A DNA stretch of 24,000 bases from Romboutsia sp. Marseille-P6047 (GTDB lineage: Bacteria; Bacillota; Clostridia; Peptostreptococcales; Peptostreptococcaceae): NCBI RefSeq assembly GCF_900604535.1, contig NZ_UWOT01000003.1, forward strand, positions 186,216-210,215. The letters are read 5' to 3'. The notes beneath the pieces are model-generated. The model saw only the letters and a program-made list of their open reading frames with translations, searched no databases and had not been told where the DNA came from. Below, piece after piece: positions 8,327 through 18,150 of this stretch (position 1 is its first letter; the number at the start of each line of letters is the position of its first letter). Made by a program: the position numbers and the translations under genes.

Positions 8327-8545
8327 CTATTGAGAAAATTATATTGTCTTACTTATATAAAAATTACTATTTTTTGGTTAAATTAAATTTAATAAATTTA
8401 ATAAACACTTAATTAAGTTAACTATGTATTAACTACTACTTAATAATCAGTTAACAAATACACTATAAAATATAATTAAGTTGAGTAAATGAAACAAAAG
8501 GACAAGTTAAGGGAAATAAAATATTAGAATGAAATGGGAGTTAAT

Positions 8546-9613
8546 ATGGCAAAGATAATTTTAGAAAATATTAAGAAAAGTTATAGCAAAAAAAATACTG
8601 TAATAGAAAACTTAAATTTAGAAATAGAAGATGGTTCATTTACAGTATTAGTAGGTCCATCAGGATGCGGGAAATCTACAACTTTAAGAATGATAGCAGG
8701 TCTAGAAGATATTACAGATGGAAATCTATTTATAGGTGATAGGGATGTAACTAAGGTAGATGCAGGACAAAGGGGGATATCAATGGTTTTCCAAAATTAT
8801 GCTTTATATCCTCACATGAGTGTAAAGGAAAATATAGAATTTGGATTAAAAAATAATAAAGTAAAAAAAGAAGAGAGAGAGAAGCTCATAGCAGAAGTTT
8901 CTTCAGTAGTAGGATTAGATGAATATTTAGAAAGAAAACCATCTGACTTATCAGGAGGTCAAAGACAAAGAGTAGCTTTAGCAAGGGCTATGGTAAAAAC
9001 ACCTAAGGTATTTTTAATGGACGAGCCTTTATCAAACTTAGATGCAAAACTAAGAAATCAAATGAGAAGTGAGCTTATCCAACTTCATAACAAGTTAAAG
9101 TCAACATTTGTATATGTTACTCATGATCAAGTCGAAGCAATGTCTATGGCAGATAAGATAGTAATAATGAATAAGGGTGAGATAATACAAATAGATGCAC
9201 CAAAAGAAATTTATCAAAATCCTAAAAATATATTTGTTGCTCAATTTATAGGAAGTCCAGCTATGAATATACTAGATATGAATGTATGCCACGAAAAATA
9301 TGGATTTAGGCCAGAAAAAATTAAGTTAGAAGCAGATGATAATTTTGATGGAATAGTTTTAAACGGAACAATACTTACAAAGGAAATTTTAGGGTCAGAA
9401 GTGCTTTATTGTGTAAACGTACAAGGTAAAGATATAATGATAAAAACTGAAACTGATACTTTAAACTTTGATGAAAAAGTACAGTTATTCGTAAATAAAT
9501 CGGATTTATATTATTTTGATACAAATGGAAATAGAATCGAAAATGAAAAACAAATACAGGGGTTATTTGAATTAATAAATGATAAGGAGAGTTTAAATGA
9601 AAAAGCAATATAA
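8546..9613 (+). CDS. ugpC: ABC transporter ATP-binding protein, UgpC/MsmX family
   Basis: Walker A GPSGCGKST, signature LSGGQRQRVALARAM, Walker B VFLMDEP, TOBE-like C-terminus. GGGAG RBS upstream of the ATG at 8546 (in-frame ATG at 8534 also possible). Confidence 0.9.
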   Translation: MAKIILENIKKSYSKKNTVIENLNLEIEDGSFTVLVGPSGCGKSTTLRMIAGLEDITDGNLFIGDRDVTKVDAGQRGISMVFQNYALYPHMSVKENIEFGLKNNKVKKEEREKLIAEVSSVVGLDEYLERKPSDLSGGQRQRVALARAMVKTPKVFLMDEPLSNLDAKLRNQMRSELIQLHNKLKSTFVYVTHDQVEAMSMADKIVIMNKGEIIQIDAPKEIYQNPKNIFVAQFIGSPAMNILDMNVCHEKYGFRPEKIKLEADDNFDGIVLNGTILTKEILGSEVLYCVNVQGKDIMIKTETDTLNFDEKVQLFVNKSDLYYFDTNGNRIENEKQIQGLFELINDKESLNEKAI

Positions 9614-10463
9614 ATCTTATCTATATATAATGCCTGCTTTAATAGGAATACTTGTATTTGTAATATATCCAATATTGTACACAATATACTTAAGTTTTCA
9701 ATCGGGAAGTTTGATGAGTCCAACTTTTACATTTGCAGGGTTAGATAACTATAAGGATCTTTTAAAAGATGGAGACTTTATAATAACTTTGAAAAATACA
9801 GCAATCTATACAGTAGCAATGGTTACTATTTCTATTTCATTAGCACTAGTATTTGCAGTATGGTTAAACAAACAAAGTTTTATGCACAAGCTTACACAGA
9901 CTATAATATTTACACCTCATATAGTTTCTCTTGTATCAATAGGTGTACTATTTATGTGGCTTATGAATCCTGATTATGGATTTTTAAACTTTGTACTAGA
10001 GAAGATAGGTCTTGAACCATCTACATGGTTATCTAGTGATAAAACAGCTTTATTCTCAATAATACTAGTTGGAATATGGAAAACAGTAGGATACAATACT
10101 TTAGTGTTTGTAGCAGGTCTTCAAGGTATACCGAAGTATATTTATGAAGCTGCAAACTTAGATAATAGTGGACCAATAAAGACCTTCTTTAAAGTTACAT
10201 TACCTCTACTATCACCAACAATATTTTTCCTATTAATAACAACGACAACAGCGTCATTCCAAGTGTTTGACTTAATAAATGTTATGACAAAGGGAGGACC
10301 AATAAACTCTACAAATATGTTAGTTTACTACATTTATGAAGCAGGGTTTAGATATTACGATATAGGGATAGCATCGGCTGCAAGTGTGTTCTTAATAGTA
10401 TTAGTAGGTATTTTGACTTTTGCACACTTTAAACTATTATCTAATAAGGTTCATTACCAATAA
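9597..10463 (+). CDS. ugpA: Sugar/glycerol-3-phosphate ABC transporter permease (UgpA-like)
   Basis: MalF-type permease with EAANLDNSGPIKTFFKVTLPLLSP EAA loop. Overlaps the ATPase gene. Confidence 0.87.
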   Translation: MKKQYKSYLYIMPALIGILVFVIYPILYTIYLSFQSGSLMSPTFTFAGLDNYKDLLKDGDFIITLKNTAIYTVAMVTISISLALVFAVWLNKQSFMHKLTQTIIFTPHIVSLVSIGVLFMWLMNPDYGFLNFVLEKIGLEPSTWLSSDKTALFSIILVGIWKTVGYNTLVFVAGLQGIPKYIYEAANLDNSGPIKTFFKVTLPLLSPTIFFLLITTTTASFQVFDLINVMTKGGPINSTNMLVYYIYEAGFRYYDIGIASAASVFLIVLVGILTFAHFKLLSNKVHYQ

Positions 10464-10483
10464 AATTAGTAGGAGGAAAGATC

Positions 10484-11368
10484 TTGGAACAATTACAACA
10501 ATCTAGCGCTTATAAAGAAAAAATAAATTTAAAAGAAAAACTATCGATTCTTAAAGTACCGTTAAAATGTTTGGAGTATGTGGTATTGGGTTTAATGATA
10601 ATGATATTTGTATTTCCTTTTATTTGGATGATATCAACATCATTAAAAACTACAGCTGAAGCAATACAAATACCACCAACAATAATACCTAATGAATTTA
10701 TCTTTGAAAACTATTTAAAGGCATGGAATTCAGGGCCATTCTTTAGATATTTAGGAAATAGTATATTTATTACTTCAGCAATACTAATTATGCAGTTTAT
10801 AATTATGGTTCCAGCTGCTTATGCTTTCTCAAAAATTAAATTTAAGGGAGAAAAAATATTATTTGGAATAGTGTTAGTCGGGCTAATGGTTCCACCACAA
10901 ATAACTTTTTTACCTGTGTATATTATGATGAGTAAACTTGGATTAATAAATTCATATGTACCATTAATACTTCCTTTCATGACATCATCATTTGGAATAT
11001 TTTTACTAAGACAAAACTTCATGCAAGTATCGGATGAAATAATTGAAGCAGCGAAATTAGATAATGCTTCAGATTTCAAAATAATGTGGAAGATTATGCT
11101 GCCTATAGCTAAACCAGCTATGATTACATTTGGGTTATTTAGTTTTATATATCATTGGAACAATTATTTCTGGCCATTAGTTATGAGTAATACTGATTTG
11201 GTTAGAACACTTCCTATAGGTGTTACTATGCTTAAGGAAATTGAAGGTATAACAAATTGGAATATAGTAATGGCAGGGAATGTAATGCTTACAGCACCAA
11301 TACTAATAATATATACATTCTTAAATGGTCAAATTAAAAAGGCGTTTGCATATTCAGGAATAAAATAA
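10484..11368 (+). CDS. ugpE: Sugar/glycerol-3-phosphate ABC transporter permease (UgpE-like)
   Basis: MalG-type permease, EAAKLDNASDFKIMWKIMLPIAKPA EAA loop. TTG start with RBS AGGAGG. Confidence 0.87.
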   Translation: MEQLQQSSAYKEKINLKEKLSILKVPLKCLEYVVLGLMIMIFVFPFIWMISTSLKTTAEAIQIPPTIIPNEFIFENYLKAWNSGPFFRYLGNSIFITSAILIMQFIIMVPAAYAFSKIKFKGEKILFGIVLVGLMVPPQITFLPVYIMMSKLGLINSYVPLILPFMTSSFGIFLLRQNFMQVSDEIIEAAKLDNASDFKIMWKIMLPIAKPAMITFGLFSFIYHWNNYFWPLVMSNTDLVRTLPIGVTMLKEIEGITNWNIVMAGNVMLTAPILIIYTFLNGQIKKAFAYSGIK

Positions 11369-11394
11369 TATTTTATTATAGGGGAGATTTAAAA

Positions 11395-12696
11395 ATGAAA
11401 TTAAAAAGAACGATATCGGGAACATTGGCTCTTACATTAATAGTAGGAACATTAACAGGATGCTCAACTAAAGGACAAGATACAGCAGTGGACTCAGTAA
11501 GTGATGGAAAGGTTCAAGTAGAATTTTGGAATGCTTTAACTGGTACAAATGAAGAAATCGTAAAGAGTTATGTAGATAAGTTTAATGCACAAAGTGAAGA
11601 TGTAGAAATAAAAATGGTATCTCAAGGAGATTATTGGGAGAATGGAACTAAATTACAAGCTGCAATAGCTGCTGGTAATCAACCAGACTTAACAATGCTT
11701 GAAGTAACTCAAGTTGCTCAATTTGCATCTGTTGGAGCATTAGCAGATTTAGAACAATATGTAAGCAAAGAAAAGATAGATGATTTTTTACCAGGGCTTA
11801 TGAGAGAATCGGAATATGATGGAAAGACTGTAGCAGTACCTTTAAACAGAAGCACTCCATTACTATATGTAAATAAAGAAATGTGTGAAGCTGCAGGACT
11901 TGATCCAGAAGGTTCAAAAAACTGGGATGAATTAAAAATGTATGCTGAAAAGTTAACAGACGAAGCGGACGGAGTAGTAGGTCTTGCAGTACCAATAGAT
12001 ATATGGTTCTTTGAATCATTAATATACCAACAAGGTGGAGAAATGATAGATGAAAACAACAAAGTTGCTTTCAATAATGAAATAGGTTTTAATGCTTTAG
12101 GATTATGGCAAGATATGATGAAAGAAGGAATAATGCAATTACCTCCAGGGGAAGGGTATGATGCATGGGATGCTGCAAAGGATGCATTCGTTAATGGAAA
12201 AGCAGGTATGACATTCCAATCTACAGCAAGTTTAGCAGGACTTATGGAGCAAGCTGAAGGTAAATTTACAGTAAATACAGCGTTCTTACCAGGGGATTCT
12301 CAATATGGAGTTCCAACTGGTGGAGCAAATGTTGTTATGATGGAAGGTTCATCTCAAGAAGAAAAAGAAGCTGCTGCTGAGTTCATAGAGTTTATGACTG
12401 ATGAAGAAAATGCAGTTCAATTCTCTATAGATACAGGATATATGCCAATAACTAACACTGCATTAAATAGTGAAACAATACAAAATTTATATAAAGAAAA
12501 GCCTCAATATTCAACTGCTGCTAAGCAATTAGAATATGCATCTCAAAGACCAGGTGTAGTAGGATACGTTGAAGCTACTGAAAAGTTAATGAACGAAATG
12601 AAAAAAGCTTTAATGGATTTAAATGTTGATGTTAAAGAAACAGTTGAAAAAGCAACTGCAATAATGCAACAAGTAGTAGACAAAAACAATAAATAG
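11395..12696 (+). CDS. ugpB: Extracellular solute-binding lipoprotein (UgpB-like)
   Basis: Signal peptide with lipobox LTGCS, family 1 solute-binding protein layout, and adjacency to permease genes. The substrate assignment rests on the neighbouring GDPD gene. Confidence 0.85.
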   Translation: MKLKRTISGTLALTLIVGTLTGCSTKGQDTAVDSVSDGKVQVEFWNALTGTNEEIVKSYVDKFNAQSEDVEIKMVSQGDYWENGTKLQAAIAAGNQPDLTMLEVTQVAQFASVGALADLEQYVSKEKIDDFLPGLMRESEYDGKTVAVPLNRSTPLLYVNKEMCEAAGLDPEGSKNWDELKMYAEKLTDEADGVVGLAVPIDIWFFESLIYQQGGEMIDENNKVAFNNEIGFNALGLWQDMMKEGIMQLPPGEGYDAWDAAKDAFVNGKAGMTFQSTASLAGLMEQAEGKFTVNTAFLPGDSQYGVPTGGANVVMMEGSSQEEKEAAAEFIEFMTDEENAVQFSIDTGYMPITNTALNSETIQNLYKEKPQYSTAAKQLEYASQRPGVVGYVEATEKLMNEMKKALMDLNVDVKETVEKATAIMQQVVDKNNK

Positions 12697-12812
12697 TACA
12701 TCTTATCCTCTTAATTTAAAATATACAAAAGGTGATGTTATCATAATTATATATAAATATATAGTAAATTGAAAAGAGATTAATATGCATAATCGTGGGT
12801 GTGATTACTGCG

Positions 12813-12840
12813 ATTCGTTTCCACCATTCAAACCCTCGAA
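12813..12840 (+). other. ssrA 3'-end-like fragment, candidate attachment-site copy B (diverged)
   Basis: attcgtttccaccattcaaaccctcgaa. Aligns with copies A and C. Confidence 0.45.
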
Positions 12841-12853
12841 AATGAGGATAAGG

Positions 12854-12886
12854 AACTACTAAACCTTATAGTTTAGTAGTTTTTTA
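12854..12886 (+). terminator. Terminator directly after copy B
   Basis: 11-bp stem aactactaaac/gtttagtagtt followed by T tract. Confidence 0.85.
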
Positions 12887-13084
12887 TTTTGCCTTTTACA
12901 AATATTTTATTAATATAAGCTGTAGTAAAATTTACGTCATTGGCATCTACTGATTGTAGTCCATGTGCAAAAGTTGAATAGTTCGACCCAAGTTTATTTA
13001 TAACAATAAACAAAAGTTTCAAATAGAGAAATTTCTATGATTACATGATATAATGAATATAAAAAATAATAATGAGGTGATATT

Positions 13085-14077
13085 GTGGCGAATATGAATG
13101 ATGTAGCTAAAAGAGCCGGTGTATCAAGAGGTACAGTATCAAATTATATAAATAATGTAAAAATAAAAGAATCTTTAAGAATAAAAATAGAAGAAGCTAT
13201 AAAAGAACTGGGGTATATACCAAATATAGCTGCAAGAGAATTGAAAACAAATACAGCTAGTAATGTAGTATTCATAGTACCTACAGTATGGAATCCATTT
13301 TTCTCTGAACTTACATATTACTTGCAAATAGAATTGAAAAAAATAGGTAAAAAGATGTTATTATGTAATTCTCAAGACAATTACTTATCAGAAATAGAGT
13401 ATATTGAAATGGCAAAACAAAACAAAGTGTATGGCATTATATCTGTATCTTATAGTAATATCTTACCGCATTTGACTGAAAATTTACCATATGTTGCAAT
13501 AGAAAGGTATTATAATGAATCAATACCTTATGTAACTAGTGATAATATAAATGGAAGTAAACTTGCTGTAAATGAATTATATAAAAGAAAATGTAAAAAT
13601 TTATTACACATTACAAGAGAAGTAGAAAATAATAAAGCTTTAATGGATAGAAAGTTTGGTTTTGAAACTACATGTAAGGAATTAAATTTAAATTATAGTA
13701 TTTTTAATTGCCATTGCAAATCTAGTGAATTTAGAAAAGAAGTAAACAAGTTTATAAAAGAATCATATAGCAACAATAATAAATTTGATGGTATTTTTTG
13801 TGCTACAGATAGATATGCACAGTATGTTATTGAAGCTCTTGAAGAAATGGAAATAAGAATACCAGATGATGTTCAGATAATAGGATTTGATGGAGCTAAA
13901 AGTTATTCTAATGAACATCTAAAAATTTCTACTATGAAACAAAATATTGAAGGGCTTGCAATAGAAGCAGTTAACTTACTTCAATTAGTAGTAAATAAAA
14001 GTGAAACTATAAATAATAAAATATTACCAGTAAGTTTTTTAGAAATTGAAACTACAAAAAGAATAAATGAACAATAA
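13085..14077 (+). CDS. LacI family transcriptional regulator
   Basis: MNDVAKRAGVSRGTVSNYINNVKIKESLRIKIEEAIKELGYIPNIAARELKT HTH, then a periplasmic-binding-like domain. GTG start. Confidence 0.92.
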   Translation: MANMNDVAKRAGVSRGTVSNYINNVKIKESLRIKIEEAIKELGYIPNIAARELKTNTASNVVFIVPTVWNPFFSELTYYLQIELKKIGKKMLLCNSQDNYLSEIEYIEMAKQNKVYGIISVSYSNILPHLTENLPYVAIERYYNESIPYVTSDNINGSKLAVNELYKRKCKNLLHITREVENNKALMDRKFGFETTCKELNLNYSIFNCHCKSSEFRKEVNKFIKESYSNNNKFDGIFCATDRYAQYVIEALEEMEIRIPDDVQIIGFDGAKSYSNEHLKISTMKQNIEGLAIEAVNLLQLVVNKSETINNKILPVSFLEIETTKRINEQ

Positions 14078-14146
14078 TCTAAAATCATAGTTTTTCAGAA
14101 CTGTGATTTTTTTTTAGAAAAATTTAAAAAAATGGCAAATGTTTTC

Positions 14147-14175
14147 TTGAAATGATTGGGAATTTATATTACAAT
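14147..14175 (+). promoter_or_regulatory. Promoter of the sucrose PTS operon
   Basis: TTGAAA (14147-14152), 17-bp spacer, TACAAT (14170-14175). Confidence 0.75.
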
Positions 14176-14187
14176 AAAAATATAAAA

Positions 14188-14201
14188 TTGGAACGTTCCA
14201 A
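14188..14201. promoter_or_regulatory. LacI-family operator, perfect 14-bp palindrome
   Basis: TTGGAACGTTCCAA with central CG, just downstream of the predicted -10, next to a lacI-family gene. Confidence 0.8.
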
Positions 14202-14218
14202 AAAAGAGGGGAGAAAAA

Positions 14219-15658
14219 ATGAATTATAAAAACATTGCTAAAGAAGTGATTAAAAATGTTGGAGGAAAAGAAAACATAGCAAGTGCAGCACACTGCGTAA
14301 CAAGATTAAGATTAGTATTAAAAGATACAACAAAGTATGATAAAGAAATACTCGAAAATATTGAAGGGGTTAAAGGTGTATTTTTTAATAGTGGTCAATT
14401 ACAAGTTATATTTGGAACAAAAACTGTAGATCTTGTACATGCAGCTTTGATGGAGATATTAGGAATAAAAGAATCATCTTTAGCTGATGTGAAAAATGAA
14501 GCTAATAAAGATCAAAATAAAATTAAAAAACTGTTTAAAGCTTTTTCAGATATTTTTGTAGGTTTAATACCAGCAATAGTTGGATGTGCAATGATTTTAG
14601 GTTTAAGATCTTTATTTCTTACTGAAGGTCTATTTGGATTAGAAGGTACATTAGCTGATACATATAAATGGGCAAATGATACTGCATCATTTTTAAATAT
14701 TATAGCTACAGGGTTGAATTTCTTACCAGTACTTATAGCTTACTCAGCAACTAAAAGATTTGGTGGAAATCCAGCACTAGGTATAATAATAGGATTAATA
14801 TTAGTTCATCCTGACTTAGGAAATAGATTTGAATATTTACAAGGTACAGCTACTAATGTAGAATACTGGAACTTATTAGGAGTAAATGTACCGGCAGTAG
14901 CATTCCAAGGGGGAATATTCCCAGCTATACTGACATCTTTATTTTTAGCTACATTTGAGAAATTTATCACAAAACATGTTCCGCAAGTACTTTCATTCGT
15001 ACTTGTACCTACATTAACTATAATAGTATCATCTTTAGCTTTATTCATAGTATTTGGACCATTAGGAGATGCTATGGCATCAGCTATTGGATATGTGTGT
15101 GAGATATTATATATGAAAACGGGAATTATAGGTGCTTTTGCATTTGCAGCACTTCTTCAACCATTAGTTATAACAGGAACACATCATGCAATAGGAAGTA
15201 TAGAAGCTCAATTAATTGCACAAACAGGATTTAATTATATACAACCGTTATGGTCAGTATCAATTATAGCTCAAGGTGGAGCTTGTATAGGAATGTTCTT
15301 ATTAGCAAGAAAAAAATCAAAATTAAGAGAAGTATCAGTATCTAGTTTTGTACCTACATTAGTGGGAGTTTCAGAACCTGCAATATTTGCAGTAAACTTA
15401 AAAAATTCTATAGTTCCATTTGTATGTGCAGCATTAGGAGCAGGTTTAGGTGGAATATATATGAAATTACTAGATGTAAAAGCACTAGGTTTTGGATTAA
15501 CAGGAATACCGGGTATAACAATAGTAAATCCACCAGTAATGTTACATTATCTAGTAGGAAACTTAATAGCATTTATTGCTCCTATAGTATTCTTAGTTAT
15601 ATATCATAAAGTTAAAGGAGTACAAGGTATAGAAAAGTCAAAAGTAAGTGTTGCATAA
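14219..15658 (+). CDS. scrA: PTS transporter subunit EIIBC, sucrose type
   Basis: IIB domain ...AAHCVTRLRLVLKD with active-site Cys, IIC domain ...TGTHHAIGSIE...GVSEPAIFAVNLK. Followed by a GH32 gene. Confidence 0.88.
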   Translation: MNYKNIAKEVIKNVGGKENIASAAHCVTRLRLVLKDTTKYDKEILENIEGVKGVFFNSGQLQVIFGTKTVDLVHAALMEILGIKESSLADVKNEANKDQNKIKKLFKAFSDIFVGLIPAIVGCAMILGLRSLFLTEGLFGLEGTLADTYKWANDTASFLNIIATGLNFLPVLIAYSATKRFGGNPALGIIIGLILVHPDLGNRFEYLQGTATNVEYWNLLGVNVPAVAFQGGIFPAILTSLFLATFEKFITKHVPQVLSFVLVPTLTIIVSSLALFIVFGPLGDAMASAIGYVCEILYMKTGIIGAFAFAALLQPLVITGTHHAIGSIEAQLIAQTGFNYIQPLWSVSIIAQGGACIGMFLLARKKSKLREVSVSSFVPTLVGVSEPAIFAVNLKNSIVPFVCAALGAGLGGIYMKLLDVKALGFGLTGIPGITIVNPPVMLHYLVGNLIAFIAPIVFLVIYHKVKGVQGIEKSKVSVA

Positions 15659-15720
15659 ATGATGCAAACGATAAAATAGTTTTATAAATATAATAAAAAA
15701 ATAGAAACTTAGGAGACATT

Positions 15721-17154
15721 ATGAAATTTAAAAAAGTAGAAAAATACACATATGTAGAAGATAAACATAAACCTTATTTAAAAGAACTAAGTGAGTTTGT
15801 TAGTAAAAGTGAATACTTACCAAAGTATCACATTTATCCTAAAAGTGGATTAATGAATGACCCAAATGGATTGGCATATTTTAATGGAGAGTACAATTTC
15901 TTTTATCAGTGGTTCCCATTTGAACCTACACATGGTATGAAACATTGGGGATACTTAACATCAAAAGATTTATTAACTTGGGAAGAGAAAGATATAGCAT
16001 TGACACCAGATATGGAGTATGAAAAAAATGGATGTTATTCTGGAAACTCTATAGAAAAAGGTGGATTATTATATTTATTTTACACAGCAAATTATAAAAC
16101 TGAAAATGATAGAATACCAAAACAAGCTGTAGCGATTATGGACAAAGGTGGAAATATAGAAAAGTATATAAATAATCCAATTATAGATGGAGCACCAGAT
16201 AATATGACTGGAGATATTAGAGATCCTTTTGTTTTTAGAAAAGGTGAAAAGTACTATATGCTATTAGGGGCAAAAAGCAAAAAAGAAAAAGGTGCATTAT
16301 TACTATATACAAGTGAAGATTTATTAATATGGAACTATATGGGAGAAATAAATCTTCCAATAGATACAGGATATATGTTAGAATGCCCAAGTTTTATAGA
16401 AGTTGAAGGAAAAGATGTAATAATACTTTCGCCTATGGGTCTTGAAAAAGAAGAATTAAAGTATCAAAATCAATTTTCAACAGTATATTTAGTAGGAAAA
16501 TTAGATATAGAAAATATGAAATTTGACCTAGAGTATATGGATGAAGTAGATAATGGATTTGATTTTTATGCATCGCAAGCATTTTATGGAAAAGATAATA
16601 AGCCTATGATGGTATCGTGGTTTGGATGTGGAGAACAAGATCTTCCAACTGATAAAGAAATGTGGAAGCATGGTTTAACTATGCCTCATACTCTTAGATT
16701 AGTCGAAAATAGATTGTGTAATTTTGTATCAGAGGAATTAAATGATCTATTTAATGATAAGAATGAATTTGACAGCAATATAATAAAAACAAAATCTAAT
16801 TCCTATCATATTAAATTTAATATGCGTAAAGAAGATGAAAATAAATGGGTTAGATTTGGTTATGAAAATGATTATTGGGAGTTAAACTTTGATTTTGATA
16901 AAAATGTAATTCAAGTAGATAGAAGTAATCTAAAATTAAAAGTAGACATAAATAATGGATTGAAAAGATGTGCAGAAGGCTTAAATAAAGAAGAATATAA
17001 AGTTGATATTTATGTAGATAACAGCTTTGTAGAGGTATTTATCAATGAAGGAATGAAGTCATTTGTATTTAGATGCTTTAATCTAAACAATGAAGAACAT
17101 AATATACAATTCACACATGCAAATAAAGGAAGCATAAATTACTACAATAAATAA
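15721..17154 (+). CDS. scrB: Sucrose-6-phosphate hydrolase (GH32)
   Basis: GLMNDPNGLAYFNGEYNFFYQWFP, GDIRDPF, ECPSF motifs. Confidence 0.92.
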   Translation: MKFKKVEKYTYVEDKHKPYLKELSEFVSKSEYLPKYHIYPKSGLMNDPNGLAYFNGEYNFFYQWFPFEPTHGMKHWGYLTSKDLLTWEEKDIALTPDMEYEKNGCYSGNSIEKGGLLYLFYTANYKTENDRIPKQAVAIMDKGGNIEKYINNPIIDGAPDNMTGDIRDPFVFRKGEKYYMLLGAKSKKEKGALLLYTSEDLLIWNYMGEINLPIDTGYMLECPSFIEVEGKDVIILSPMGLEKEELKYQNQFSTVYLVGKLDIENMKFDLEYMDEVDNGFDFYASQAFYGKDNKPMMVSWFGCGEQDLPTDKEMWKHGLTMPHTLRLVENRLCNFVSEELNDLFNDKNEFDSNIIKTKSNSYHIKFNMRKEDENKWVRFGYENDYWELNFDFDKNVIQVDRSNLKLKVDINNGLKRCAEGLNKEEYKVDIYVDNSFVEVFINEGMKSFVFRCFNLNNEEHNIQFTHANKGSINYYNK

Positions 17155-17207
17155 AAAAAGGCTAGTTTATCTAGCCTTTTAACTATAAGAAAAGGAAAGA
17201 TATAAAT

Positions 17208-18140
17208 ATGATATACACAGTAACTCTTAATCCATCTATAGACTACGTAGTAGAAACATATAAATTGAAAATAGGGGAAGTAAACAGAGCTAATAATGAA
17301 GAACTATATCCAGGTGGAAAAGGTATAAATGTTTCACTTATGCTTAACGAACTGAAAGAAGAAAATACAGCACTAGGATTTTTAGGTGGATTTACAGGAG
17401 AATATATAGAAAATACTTTGGTTTCTAGAGGCGTAAATACGGAATTTATAAAATTACAAGAAGGCTTGAGTAGAATTAACTTAAAAATAAAGGATGAAGA
17501 TGAAACAGAAATTAATGGTAAAGGACCTCGTATAAGTGAGGATGAGTTACGATTATTATATAAAAAAATTGAAAAATTAAAAGATGAAGATATATTAGTT
17601 TTATGTGGAAGTATACCACAATCACTAAGTAATACATTGTATGAAGATATAGTTAGTATGGTGGCTAAAAAGGATGTAAAAGTTATAGTAGATGCAACTA
17701 GCAATCTTTTACTTAATACATTGAAATATAATCCATTTCTTATAAAACCAAATATCCATGAATTAGAGGAAATATTTAAAACTAAAATAGGCTCTATAGA
17801 TAAGACTATTTTTTATGCAACAAAGCTTAAAGATATGGGAGCTGAAAATGTAATAATATCTATGGGAAAAGATGGAGCATTATTAGTTGATGAAAAAGGA
17901 GAAATATACTTAAGTAATGCGCCTAAGGGTAACGTTGTAAATACAGTTGGATCAGGAGATTCTATGGTTGCAGGTTTCATTAGTGGATATTTAAGGACTA
18001 AAGATTATAAAGAAGCATTAAAACTAGGAGCATCTTGTGGAAGTGCTACAGCATTTTCAAGTGGAATAAGTGGAAAAAAATTAATAGATATTTTGAAAAA
18101 TGAAATTGAAATTAAAGAAATTTGTAAAATAAATATGTAA
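17208..18140 (+). CDS. fruK: 1-phosphofructokinase (PfkB family)
   Basis: IYTVTLNPSIDYVVET, GGKGINVSLML, GSGDSMVAGF motifs. Confidence 0.85.
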   Translation: MIYTVTLNPSIDYVVETYKLKIGEVNRANNEELYPGGKGINVSLMLNELKEENTALGFLGGFTGEYIENTLVSRGVNTEFIKLQEGLSRINLKIKDEDETEINGKGPRISEDELRLLYKKIEKLKDEDILVLCGSIPQSLSNTLYEDIVSMVAKKDVKVIVDATSNLLLNTLKYNPFLIKPNIHELEEIFKTKIGSIDKTIFYATKLKDMGAENVIISMGKDGALLVDEKGEIYLSNAPKGNVVNTVGSGDSMVAGFISGYLRTKDYKEALKLGASCGSATAFSSGISGKKLIDILKNEIEIKEICKINM

Positions 18141-18150
18141 GGTGGCAAAT

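Noticed and set aside
7683-9723. Minus-strand ORFs 7683-7916, 9375-9608 and 9511-9723
   Set aside because: Shadow ORFs inside PHP and ABC transporter genes; no RBS or family signal.
10819-12074. Minus-strand ORFs 10819-11079, 11718-12074 and 11798-12019
   Set aside because: Antisense to the UgpE- and UgpB-like genes with no independent support.
14806-17704. ORFs 14806-15048 (-), 15424-15609 (+) and 17243-17704 (-)
   Set aside because: Overlap scrA and fruK completely; the opposite or shifted frames show no protein signature.
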